This document shows, piece after piece, positions 43,960 through 53,729 of a stretch of DNA of 64,000 nucleotides. A model generated the notes under the pieces. That model searched no databases and had not been told where the DNA came from. It saw nothing but the letters and a program-made list of their open reading frames with translations. Numbering within the stretch: the stretch's first letter is position 1; every line of letters begins with the position of its first letter. The stretch is from Pseudomonadales bacterium. Its GTDB lineage: Bacteria > Pseudomonadota > Gammaproteobacteria > Pseudomonadales > UBA7239. Both the position numbers and the translations under genes were made by a program. Location: NCBI GenBank assembly GCA_041395665.1, contig JAWLAB010000003.1, positions 215,285 to 279,284 on the forward strand, read 5' to 3'.

Positions 43960-44935
43960 TCACTGAGCCTGTTTTATTGCAGAAATCATGCTGGGTAATT
44001 CGTGAGAAAAATGAGTACTAGGCTCCCATCCTAATCGTCTTAATTCCTCTGATGAATAAACCGCACTATCCATTAAGCGCGATACAACATCACTATTTAT
44101 CGGCGATGGTAAATGCAGAAACTTCACTATATCACCACCATAACCAAGTACGCGCAATAATGATGGTGGTACACGCCACTTCACGGGCAACTTACCCAAA
44201 GCTTGACGCATTTCATCGTATAAAAAACTTGCTGTGTAAGGCTCGCCATCAGACACAATAAATATTTGACGATGCGCTAGAGGATGCAAAGCAACACGTA
44301 ATATTGCATCGACCACATCTCCTGCAAAAACCATAGAGCGTTGCGATTGCGTTTGTGGTAACGGTGGAAAATATCCCGCATCCACCGCTTGCATCATTTT
44401 TTGTAGATTACCTTTTACACCAGCGCCGTAAATCAGGCAGGGGCGAATAATCACCAACTGCGGAATATCAATCTGGAGTAATTGCTCTTCAGTTTTACGC
44501 TTCCAATAACCGTAAGCATCTGTCGGCCACGCATCCCAAGATTCATCGTAAAGTCGATCATCAATTGGGATCGGCCGCTGCTTTGGTTGTGCTAACAAAA
44601 ACAAAACGCTTTACGCCTACACGTGCTGCTTGTTGCGCTAAATGAATAGCCGCCAAAGAATCTTGCTGATACTGCTCTGCAGAAGCAGATAGATGTGCAG
44701 TGCCTGCTAAATGAAACACGGTATCAATATCTTTCAGCCATGCATCACAAACTGCATTAGGCGACAACGCACCTTCAACCGCTTGGGTATACGGTGAGCT
44801 GTGGTTCACATCAAAAGAACGAACAAGAACGTGCGTTTCAACATTGGCTTGCTGTAATTTTTTCAGCAAATAGCTGCCCAAAAAACCACAACCGCCCGTC
44901 ACGAAACAATGCCCTAGCTCTTGTTGCATTGTCAC
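43960..44935 (-). pseudogene. NAD-dependent sugar epimerase/dehydratase, split by a frameshift
   Basis: ORF 44561..44935 (CFVTGGCGFLGSYL...KRFVFVSTTK) and ORF 43960..44604 (...PTDAYGYWKRKTEEQL...IIRPCLIYG...) are the N- and C-halves of one SDR-type epimerase. They lie in different frames, and the switch falls within about 44570-44604. Confidence 0.75.
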
Positions 44936-44950
44936 TGCTTATCCCCTGAA

Positions 44951-44980
44951 ACAAAAAACCAGGGCAAGCCCTGGTTCTTT
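44951..44980 (-). terminator. Rho-independent terminator after the DUF1329 pseudogene
   Basis: The minus strand reads AACCAGGGC-TT-GCCCTGGTT followed by TTTTTG, about 25 nt after the inferred stop at 45005-45007. Confidence 0.7.
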
Positions 44981-45004
44981 GCATTACTGAAGTAATTACC
45001 CAAC

Positions 45005-46384
45005 TTAGCCCTTGCCCATTACACGCAAATTGGCAGGAGGTAGTAATCACCAGGGCGTTTTTTGCTAGGAATTTTTGAATTCCGCCTTCTTCGTTGACAA
45101 GGTTATTCAACAAATACGCACCTTTTTGCAGATCATGATAGATTTCTTGGCGAGGAGCCATACCAGGCATATCGTATGCGTTCACGAAAGTACGCATGGT
45201 GGTACGCCACAAGCTACCTTGGCTATCGTAGTTATCTGCCAACAATGCTCCCCATGAATCTTCATCCATGTACAGGCGGCGTTTTGCATAAATGTGACGC
45301 TTACCTTCTTTCAAAGTAGCAACCACTACCCATACGCGGTGCAATTCGTAACGCATAAACTCTGGGTTAGGATGACCAACTTTCAAAATATCAGCGTATT
45401 TGTGCTCTGGAGAATCCGCTTCCGTATTGTTGTAAGAACAAAGATTTCGCGCTGCGCTTCTAATTTTCCAATCATAACGATCGGTTGCACCGATAAACGC
45501 CATTGCGTCATCCACCGTTCTCAATCCACCAGGGCCGTCTGGGGAAGTCATACGCAATAGTTGGTGCGCGGCGAACGCGGCGAGTACCTGGCAGATACCG
45601 CCATGCGTTACGCGGCAGTTCAGTCAGATCTTGGAACTCATGCACCAGAGTAACCTTGCCTTTTTCACGCGGTGGATCAGTCACCTCAACCAATACTTTG
45701 GCGTTGAAGTTGTCCTTGTTTACCTGCTCACGCGTCAAGCTGGGATCAAACAAAGGGAAGTAACGGTTTCAAATTGCTTACGCATAGAGATACTACCGTT
45801 ATTGAATACCGCACCACTCGCCACGATACCTTCGTTTAAGTAAATATTAGGCGAGTATTCATGGTTCCACACCACTTCCACACCGTTTTGTGGGATGGGA
45901 ATGGAGGACCGCCTACGCCGCCACGAACACCGTTACCGCTGGGCACGATCTCCGCTTCAACAGCATTTTGTTTAACATTTTTCAGAATGAAGTCGTTGTA
46001 ACGCACATCACGCTTAGTTGGATACACTTTCATTTTGAAAGTATCCGGATACTTTTTGAACAAAGCTAATTGACCGTCAGACAAATTGGCTTTGTATTTT
46101 TCATAGTTCTGTCCATCGATAACAAACAGAGGCTTTTCACCTGGATAAGGATTGGGGTAATAAGTACCTGTTCCCTTGTAATCAACATTTTTAGGCGCAC
46201 CTAAGACATTGCCTGTAAATGCAGGAATGGTGCCTGCGGCATTGCCTTTAGGGTTTGCACCCATCGCTGTTAGCTCTGTGCCCAATTTATTCGCTTCGGC
46301 CTGTGAAACCTTAGCATTTACTTGTACTGCAGATGCCATCAGCAAAATACCTGTGGATACTGCTACCGTTATTTTTGTATTCAT
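45005..46384 (-). pseudogene. DUF1329-family (LolA-like fold) periplasmic/outer-membrane-associated protein, multiply frameshifted
   Basis: Three track ORFs in three different frames (45836..46384, 45508..45753, 44838..45557) read consecutively as one DUF1329-like protein. The segments are a signal peptide MNTKITVAVSTGILLMASAVQVNA, then ...RYLPGTRRVRRAPTIAYDFP, then DGPGGLRTVDDAMAFIGATDRYDWK. Further shifts are needed around 45893, 45750 and 45030-45063. Confidence 0.7.
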
Positions 46385-46637
46385 AAGCTTCCGTGTACTC
46401 CAGAAAGGTGACGGGTTTACGGTCTACCCCAATTAATGAGGATGCCGTAGATTACCGTAAAGATTCACAGCGTGAAAGACACTCTCTCTTTTTTCTCTAC
46501 CTTTGTGATTGAGATAAATGTTGTAGAAATCAGTGGCATCGCCAACAAAGTCATCGCATCAGTAGGAACCTTGATTGCGACTACAGTAGAATGCTGCCTT
46601 TCTTTTACTTTGCCATCCCGTGGTTGGATACAAATTT

Positions 46638-47717
46638 ATGCAACAAGTCACCCATAACGGCGTTGATAACCTCAATGTCGAATCACAGAATATTCTGATC
46701 ACCCCTGCCGAGCTAAAAGCACAGTTACCGCTAACTGCCAATGCCACCGCCACAGTCAAAGCCGGCCGTGAAGCTGTGCGCAATATTCTGGATGGCACCG
46801 ACCCCCGCCTTTTGGTTGTGATCGGCCCCTGCTCTATCCATGACACAAAAGCTGCCATGGAATATGCCAATCGCCTAAAACTGCTGGCAGAACAAGTCAA
46901 AGACAGCATGTTGATTGTGATGCGCGTTTACTTTGAAAAACCGCGCACCACTACGGGATGGAAAGGTCTGATCAACGACCCGCACATCGATGATTCCTTC
47001 AAAATTGAAGAAGGTCTGCACATCGGCAGAAAGCTGTTGTTGGATATTTCAGAGCTCGGTTTGCCTACAGCAACCGAAGCACTCGACCCTATTTCCCCGC
47101 AGTATTTGCAGGATTTGATCTCTTGGTCAGCCATCGGCGCGCGCACCACGGAATCACAAACACACCGCGAATTGGCGTCTGGCTTGTCCTGCGCTGTCGG
47201 CTTTAAAAACGGCACCGATGGCGGTATGACCGTCGCCGTCAACGCCATTAAATCGGCTGTGTCGCCGCACCGTTTCCTCGGCATCAATAATGAAGGGCAA
47301 GTTGCCATTATCACCACTACCGGCAACCGCTACACCCATGTGGTGCTGCGCGGCGGCGATGGCAAGCCCAACTACGATTCCGTCAGCATCGCACTGTGCG
47401 AGCAAGACCTGAACAAAGCGGGCATCAAACCCAACATCATGGTGGATTGCAGCCACGCCAACTCCAACAAGAATCACGACCTGCAGGTCTTGGTCATGGA
47501 CAACGTGGTCAACCAAATTATCGAAGGCAACCAATCCATCATCGGCGTGATGATTGAAAGCCACCTGGGTGCAGGTAACCAAAAAATCCCAGACGATTTG
47601 AGCAAGCTCACCTACGGCGTTTCTATCACCGACGCCTGTATTGACTGGCCGACTACAGAAAAGTGCCTGCTGTCTGCACATGAAAAGCTGCAGAAAGTGT
47701 TGTCCAGTCGCCGTTAA
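46638..47717 (+). CDS. 3-deoxy-7-phosphoheptulonate (DAHP) synthase, class I
   Basis: Contains LLVVIGPCSIHD, RVYFEKPRTTTGWKGLINDP and MVDCSHANS. The isoenzyme type (aroF/G/H) cannot be determined by eye. Start set at the ATG at 46638. Confidence 0.92.
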   Translation: MQQVTHNGVDNLNVESQNILITPAELKAQLPLTANATATVKAGREAVRNILDGTDPRLLVVIGPCSIHDTKAAMEYANRLKLLAEQVKDSMLIVMRVYFEKPRTTTGWKGLINDPHIDDSFKIEEGLHIGRKLLLDISELGLPTATEALDPISPQYLQDLISWSAIGARTTESQTHRELASGLSCAVGFKNGTDGGMTVAVNAIKSAVSPHRFLGINNEGQVAIITTTGNRYTHVVLRGGDGKPNYDSVSIALCEQDLNKAGIKPNIMVDCSHANSNKNHDLQVLVMDNVVNQIIEGNQSIIGVMIESHLGAGNQKIPDDLSKLTYGVSITDACIDWPTTEKCLLSAHEKLQKVLSSRR

Positions 47718-47774
47718 TTTCTTAATTATCCACATTAACAAAACGCTATAACCATTTGATTATATGGAGATATT

Positions 47775-49409
47775 ATGACGAAGCCGCAATTCGATGCACA
47801 GCTTTCTTCAACGCTGTACAACTTTGCCAGCCAAGATGTACCGAGCTTGGTGAAACAGTGGGCCACGCAAACACCCGACAAGCTATTCCTTGCCTGGGAA
47901 CCCAAAGAAGGCGACAGCAAATCGTGGACATTCCAACAGTTTTGGCAGGAGATCAACGAAGTTGCCTGCGGTTTGATCGCTAAAGGCGTAAAAAAAGGCG
48001 ACAAATTGCTGATTCACGCCGAAAACAGCCCCGAAATGATGATTGCCTGGTACGCATCAGCCATTGTCGGCTCGGTGGGCGTTACCACCAATACCCGTTG
48101 CATCGGTGACGAACTCACCTATTTTGCCGAACACTCCGAAGCCGTCGGCTGCATCACCCAACCTAAGTTCATTCAAGCACTGGCAGAAAACGCCAAAAGC
48201 CTACCTTGGTTCATCGTATTGGATGACAACTCCGGCGAAGAACCTTCAGCCGAAGAAGCCGCCTACGCAGCGAAATATGACCGCTGGAGCACACTGTTCG
48301 GCAAAGGCAAAGAAGCGCCAGCGCGCGCTGCAGAACCAATGCGACCTGTCGGCATTCAGTACACTTCAGGCACCACCTCGCGCCCGAAAGCCGTGGTGCA
48401 TACGCACGCTAATGCGTTGTGGGGCGGTCGTACCGGCTCGCAAAACCTGCTGATGACTTCGGACGATGTCTACCTCTGCTTCCTGCCCTGCTTCCATGTC
48501 AACGCGCAGAGTTGGACTTTCTGGAGCATGTTGTGGTGCGGCGGCACAGTTGTCTAGCAACCAAAATTTTCTTCCAGCAAATTCTGGGAGTTGTCACTGA
48601 AATACAAAGTGACACGCGCGTCGATGATTCCTTTCACCATCAAAGCCATGTTTGCACAGCCTGTGCCTGAGCATTCCTACAAAACTTGGTCCACCGGCGT
48701 GAAACTGCACATCATCGAGCAGCATTTCAAAGTCACCACTTTCGCCACTTGGGGCATGACAGAAACCGTTACGCACGCCACACGTTCTGACATTCTGCAA
48801 GACTCACCAGAAATGAACATCGGCGTGCCAACACCTGGTTACGAGTACGCCATCATCAATCCAGAAACTGGTAAATATTGTGCAGTTGGTGAAAACGGCG
48901 ACTTATGGGTGCGCGGCACACGCGGCGTGCAATTGTTTTTGGAATACTACAAAAATCCAGAGGCGATGAAAAAATCTTTCACCGACGATGGCTGGTTCCA
49001 AACTGGCGACATGGCGCGTTTAGAAGCCGATGGCCATATGTATTTCGCTGATCGCGATAAAGATGTGCTGAAAGTCGGCGCAGAAAATGTTTCTGCTCGC
49101 CAGGTAGAAGAATTTATCGGCAACTTACTCGGCATGGGCGTGTTGGATGAACACGCTGTTGTTGCACAAAAACACGATATGCTCGACGAAGTGCCTGTGG
49201 TTTTCGCGATTAAAAGCCCTTGGACACAACTGAGCGAAGAGGAAATTACTCAAAAAATTATGGAAGGCTGCGCAACAGGCTTAGCCGATTTCAAACGCCC
49301 TCGTGCTGTGTATTTCTTGCAAGAAATGCCGCGTGCCACGCTAGAAAAAGTTGCCAAAAACAAACTGCGTGAAATGGCAGATGAGTTAGCGGATCAAGAG
49401 AAAAAATAA
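47775..49409 (+). pseudogene. AMP-dependent synthetase/ligase (CaiC-like) interrupted by an in-frame TAG
   Basis: ORFs 47775..48557 and 48591..49409 are in the same frame. The read-through sequence is ...MLWCGGTVV*QPKFSSSKFWELSLKYKVTRASMIPF.... It contains the AMP-binding motif YTSGTTSRPKAV. The TAG is at 48555-48557. Confidence 0.75.
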
Positions 49410-49433
49410 CTTTCTCTCCACCCATAACTCACG

Positions 49434-49462
49434 AAAAAGCCCACGACAACGTGGGCTTTTTT
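49434..49462. terminator. Bidirectional Rho-independent terminator between convergent genes
   Basis: AAAAA-GCCCACG-ACAA-CGTGGGC-TTTTTT lies between the ligase stop (49407-49409) and the PhyH stop (49461-49463). Confidence 0.8.
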
Positions 49463-50399
49463 ATTGCGGCTTGACTGCCAATGGATAACGCTCGTCAGCC
49501 AAATTGTAATAGCGACTACTGAAATAACCGTCTCCAAATGACTGCCGCGCGTCGCAACCGAAGGTAGAAAAATAACGCGGCTTAGCACTTGCAGGACAAT
49601 AGTGACTCACCAAACTGTAGCGTGTTTTCTCTGGTTGCGTGACGGTGGAACCACCATGCGCAAGATTAGGGTGCCAAATCAACACATCACCGGGTTCCGC
49701 TACAAAAGTTTTAACCACCATCTGCTTTTCATGAGCTTGGCGATGCAAAAAATCCGTGTACTTGCGATGAACGCCTTTGCCGTCTTGGTTTGGCTGCCAA
49801 AATAATCGCTCTTCACCGAATAAAAAAAGCGGATCGCGATGACTGCCCGGGTAGTACATCAACTCACCCTGCCCTGCTTCAATTTTTTCTAAAGCAATCC
49901 AAGTCGCTGTCAGCGTGCAAGGCGGATCAACCACCACGAAGGCAGTGTCTTTGTGCATGGATTGTTCCGTTCCCCAAGTAAAAAACAGGGATTGAAAAAC
50001 CATGGCAGGTTCTTGATAAATTAAATACAAAAATCGTGTGATAGCTGGCGACAAAACCATTTGTCGCGCACGCAAGTTCGGCACATAAAAATCCAGCAAC
50101 CGACTGCGCCAAGGCAAAACAGCCTCTGTCGGCGATGCCAAAATTTGTTTCTGCAAACGCATGATGTAACGGTCAGGCTCATGATGCAGCAGCGGCAATT
50201 CTGCTCTCAAGGCCTCTATTACTTCCAGTGGAATAACTTTACGCCAGACGATGTAGCCATCACGATGAAAATCACGCAACCCATTGGCTTCTATTTCTGT
50301 GCAAGCACCTGAAGCTTGCAGCTGATCGATAACACTCAGTGCATCCTCTCGATCAATCCAAAGTTGCTGCGGTGGAGCGCATGTGTTTATGGGCTTCAT
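49461..50399 (-). CDS. Phytanoyl-CoA dioxygenase (PhyH) family oxygenase
   Basis: Contains FHRDGYIVWRKVIP, SMHKDTAF (HxD) and WHPNLAHGGS (distal His). Confidence 0.7.
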   Translation of the reverse strand: MKPINTCAPPQQLWIDREDALSVIDQLQASGACTEIEANGLRDFHRDGYIVWRKVIPLEVIEALRAELPLLHHEPDRYIMRLQKQILASPTEAVLPWRSRLLDFYVPNLRARQMVLSPAITRFLYLIYQEPAMVFQSLFFTWGTEQSMHKDTAFVVVDPPCTLTATWIALEKIEAGQGELMYYPGSHRDPLFLFGEERLFWQPNQDGKGVHRKYTDFLHRQAHEKQMVVKTFVAEPGDVLIWHPNLAHGGSTVTQPEKTRYSLVSHYCPASAKPRYFSTFGCDARQSFGDGYFSSRYYNLADERYPLAVKPQ

Positions 50400-50419
50400 G
50401 ACACTCCACTCTTACAGAA

Positions 50420-50761
50420 TCAAATCGCTTTGATCGTTCCTTTCGGTAATACCGCATGCACGGCTTGGCGTTGAAATTTCAGTTCGATGTTGTCGCCGGT
50501 ATTTAGTACCAAATAATCGCCGTCGATGCGCACGATTTTTCCCAACAAACCAGAAGTGAGCACCACTTCGTCACCTTTGTTCAAACTACCCATCAAAGCT
50601 TCTTGTTCTTTTTGACGCTTGCGCTGTGGGCGAATGATGACGAAGTACATAAAAATAAACATACCACCCATAATGAGCAGCATGCTGTACGGGCTCTGCT
50701 GACCCGCTGCCGGAGCTGCAGCTGTTGTTTGCGCCATTGCATCAGAAATAAAAAAACTCAT
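50420..50761 (-). CDS. yajC: Preprotein translocase subunit YajC
   Basis: 113 aa with a single TM helix. Contains LLIMGGMFIFMYFVIIRPQRKRQKE and GDEVVLTSGLLGKIV. Confidence 0.88.
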   Translation of the reverse strand: MSFFISDAMAQTTAAAPAAGQQSPYSMLLIMGGMFIFMYFVIIRPQRKRQKEQEALMGSLNKGDEVVLTSGLLGKIVRIDGDYLVLNTGDNIELKFQRQAVHAVLPKGTIKAI

Positions 50762-50802
50762 ACCAACCTCAAATCAATGAAATAAACATTCAAAATAAAA
50801 AA

Positions 50803-51282
50803 TTAAATATCCTTCAACTCGCCCTGCAATAGAGCCACAACATCATCGTGATGCGTCTTGGTCGCCACTTTGTTCATGATGTGACGCAATTTGCCGTCCA
50901 CACCAATAATAAAAGTGGTGCGCAGTATACCCATGGATTCCCGCCCCATGAATTTTTTAAGCCCCCACACACCGTACTTCTCAGCGATGGCATGGTCCGG
51001 ATCTGACAAAAGATCAAAATTCAGTGCATCTCTCTCACGGAATTTCAGCAGTGATTTCGGCTGATCAGGACTCACCCCCAAAGTAACGGCATTTAGTTTT
51101 GCCAAAGTTTTTGCGCTATCGCGCAGACCGCAAGCTTGCACGGTACAGCCAGGGGTCATGGCGCGCGGATAAAAATACAAAATCACGCGTTGACCACGAA
51201 AATCTTTCAACGCAACGGTTTCGCCGTTTTGATTGAGCAAACTGAATGCGGGCGCAAGATTACCGAGCTTGGGGAATGTCAT
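50803..51282 (-). CDS. bcp: Thioredoxin-dependent peroxiredoxin Bcp
   Basis: Contains GQRVILYFYPRAMTPGCTVQAC, which carries the peroxidatic and resolving Cys residues. Confidence 0.9.
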   Translation of the reverse strand: MTFPKLGNLAPAFSLLNQNGETVALKDFRGQRVILYFYPRAMTPGCTVQACGLRDSAKTLAKLNAVTLGVSPDQPKSLLKFRERDALNFDLLSDPDHAIAEKYGVWGLKKFMGRESMGILRTTFIIGVDGKLRHIMNKVATKTHHDDVVALLQGELKDI

Positions 51283-51391
51283 AACAGGAAACCCTTCTAC
51301 ATTGGCAGCGCGCTATTATGCCAGAGCTTTTTAAGCGCAAAACCAGCCATCTGCTATGATGATTCATCCATTTCTTCCAGCAGCTTTACAC

Positions 51392-52222
51392 ATGGCGCGC
51401 ATTCTTATCTTTGATTCTGGCGTTGGCGGGCTATCCATTCTCGGTGCGCTAAAAAGAAATCCTGATATCAGCCAAACCGCGCATGAGTGGCTGTTCTGCT
51501 CCGATAACGCTTTTTTTCCCTACGGCCTTAAGAAAGAAGATGAATTGATTGCGCGAGTGACGCGCGTGCTGCAAGCCATCCACCAGCAATATCAACCCGA
51601 CATCATCGTGCTTGCCTGCAACACCGCTAGCACCGTCGCACTGGAAGCCGTGCGCCAAATACTGCCTGTACCGATAGTCGGCGTTGTGCCTGCCATCAAA
51701 CCTGCGGCACAACTCACGCAATCTGGCTGTATTGGCTTGCTGGCTACACCCGGCACCATCGCGCGTGCTTACACAGAACAGCTGATTAAAGACTTTGCCA
51801 GCAACTGCGATGTAGTACGCGTAGGTAGCAATGAACTGGTGGGGCAGGCGGAACAACAACTGCGCAGTGGGTTTGTCGATCAAACGAAGATTCACGAAGC
51901 ATTGATGCCACTGCGCAACGCAATTGCCAAACATCAATTAGATACGGTTGTGCTGGCCTGCACGCACTTTCCGTTGATTATCACGCACCTACAAGAGCAA
52001 CTGCCTGAAATCAAACATTGGGTAGACTCCAGTGAAGCAGTAGCGCGACGCGTAGCTTGGTTATTGCAACAACCAACACAAAAAAATACAGCTCACTCAT
52101 CTGGGCCAGAAGCAGGTGGCACTGCACTATTTACGCGTATGGATGAATCCATCGAGCAACTAAAACGCACTTTAGGCTATTTTGGTTTAGGAAATATTTG
52201 TTTATTAACGGTGGATAGCTAG
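51392..52222 (+). CDS. murI: Glutamate racemase
   Basis: The internal Met gives MARILIFDSGVGGLSI. Contains VLACNTAS and VLACTHFP, the two catalytic Cys motifs. Confidence 0.92.
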   Translation: MARILIFDSGVGGLSILGALKRNPDISQTAHEWLFCSDNAFFPYGLKKEDELIARVTRVLQAIHQQYQPDIIVLACNTASTVALEAVRQILPVPIVGVVPAIKPAAQLTQSGCIGLLATPGTIARAYTEQLIKDFASNCDVVRVGSNELVGQAEQQLRSGFVDQTKIHEALMPLRNAIAKHQLDTVVLACTHFPLIITHLQEQLPEIKHWVDSSEAVARRVAWLLQQPTQKNTAHSSGPEAGGTALFTRMDESIEQLKRTLGYFGLGNICLLTVDS

Positions 52223-52998
52223 GGCTGAGACTGATCGCCTTCTTCTGCATCAGAATTGCGAGACAGGCCAAATCCATTGTCCCCAAAAACCCCCAAATTC
52301 AATAAATTACCGGAGCTAGAACCATACGGCCAAGCTCGCCACGCGGGGTCGTCAAGAATATCGGATTGCATGCGTATTACGGCAGCCGAAGTGATGGGAA
52401 TGGTATAAGGGTCGTTGGTGCTTGCCTCACAATCCAATAAATTGTGCCCAATGTTGTAAGTTCTAATTGCCTCGCGTATGGCAACGCGAATCACAGGAAA
52501 GCTTAAGTGATAACAAAAAGTAATTTGCAACTTCAGCAAATTGGCGTCTTGGATATTCACACGCGACGCACCCGGCTTGGCATCGCGATACATTAGGTTG
52601 TCATTAGGGATTTTTTTCCATCCAGTGACATCATCGTCTTCACCAAATTCCAAAAACGCCAATCGCGTTGGATTGATGCGGTCAAATTTTACATAACCAG
52701 AACCTACCAAACCATCAACAACACCCACTGCATCCGTCACATTAAAGGAGTTGTTATCGGTGGTATAAAACGGCGCCATACCAATGACAAAGCCTCGGCG
52801 CACTGATGTCAGTGTCGCTCCATTTACAGCGGCAATTCGCGCAGCATTAAATGCCGCATAATTGAGCGTCGTTTTTGCTTGGTAAATCAGAGCAAATTGC
52901 AAACAACCAAATACCAGCATAAAGACTACCGGCGCAATAATAATAAACTCCGTCGCGCTTTGGCCTCGTTGCCGAGTATAAGATAGCGCTCTTTTCAT
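52219..52998 (-). CDS. TadE-like pseudopilin-type protein (last gene of the Tad operon)
   Basis: The N-terminus RQRG/QSATEFIIIAPVVFMLVFGCLQFAL matches the TadE/TadF-type leader and hydrophobic segment. Confidence 0.7.
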   Translation of the reverse strand: MKRALSYTRQRGQSATEFIIIAPVVFMLVFGCLQFALIYQAKTTLNYAAFNAARIAAVNGATLTSVRRGFVIGMAPFYTTDNNSFNVTDAVGVVDGLVGSGYVKFDRINPTRLAFLEFGEDDDVTGWKKIPNDNLMYRDAKPGASRVNIQDANLLKLQITFCYHLSFPVIRVAIREAIRTYNIGHNLLDCEASTNDPYTIPITSAAVIRMQSDILDDPAWRAWPYGSSSGNLLNLGVFGDNGFGLSRNSDAEEGDQSQP

Positions 52999-53729
52999 TA
53001 TTGAGCAGCCTGTTCACTAGGCGATTTTAATAAAGGCGGATGCCAAATATCTTTTCCTTCTGCATCGGTTTTCTTTTTATCAGAAGGTTGTGGTGATTGT
53101 GTTGCTACAGCCTCTTGCTGCTCTATTTGCTGCGACTCGAATGCTTCAGGTGATGTTTGGTCCGGCATCAGCACTGGCGGCAAATCTGAGATTTTTTGTG
53201 GTTTCCCATCCAAAACAATCATTTCAACTTTGCTTACATCAACAGGCTTTTGCTCTTCTTTTTTATTGGCCGAGAGCTTTTCTAAAGCTTGATTCTGCTG
53301 TTCCATCAACTGCAATAATTGCTGGTTATATGACTTTGCAATTTGAAAAACAGGATCGCTCGGTGGCAAATAACGCAATGCCTCTGAAAAAGTTTGGGCT
53401 GATGCACGCAACTGATTAAAGCCTGCGTTATACCAAGCTTTTGCAAAGTGGCTGTCTCTCAGTACAGCTTCGCGATACGCCTTTACCGCTTCGTCTATTT
53501 GATCCATGCGCGCATGTGTATTACCCATGCGAAACCAAACCTCTGCCTCCGACGGTGTCGCCTGCGATAGTTTTTTGTAGTACTGCAACGCAGTTGGGTA
53601 TTGGCCATCTTGGTAGGCTTTATCTGCCTTGGTACGCCACTCCGCCAATGTTGATAAGCTCGGAGAGGACATACATCCGGCAAGCAGCACAACCGCCAGC
53701 AACATCACAATACGCCGCACCATAGACAT
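52998..53729 (-). CDS. TPR-repeat lipoprotein (TadD-like)
   Basis: Lipobox LLAGC and TPR units (AYQDGQYPTALQYYKKL..., AEVWFRMGNTHARMDQIDEAVKAY...). Its position in the Tad operon supports the call. Confidence 0.6.
   Translation of the reverse strand: MSMVRRIVMLLAVVLLAGCMSSPSLSTLAEWRTKADKAYQDGQYPTALQYYKKLSQATPSEAEVWFRMGNTHARMDQIDEAVKAYREAVLRDSHFAKAWYNAGFNQLRASAQTFSEALRYLPPSDPVFQIAKSYNQQLLQLMEQQNQALEKLSANKKEEQKPVDVSKVEMIVLDGKPQKISDLPPVLMPDQTSPEAFESQQIEQQEAVATQSPQPSDKKKTDAEGKDIWHPPLLKSPSEQAAQ

Noticed and set aside
44838-45004. The 3' tail of ORF 44838..45557, which reads through a terminator hairpin and into the epimerase gene.
   Set aside because: This is a frame artefact of the decayed DUF1329 gene. 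A plausible native C-terminus (...PANLRVMGKG*) ends at 45005, and a Rho-independent terminator follows at 44951-44980.
46416-46461. An imperfect inverted repeat, TTTACGGTCTAC...GTAGATTACCGTAAA, between the DUF1329 pseudogene and the DAHP synthase, considered as a TyrR box or attenuator.
   Set aside because: It does not fit the TGTAAA-N6-TTTACA TyrR consensus. The stem is interrupted, and no leader peptide or T-run accompanies it. Evidence is too weak for a regulatory call.
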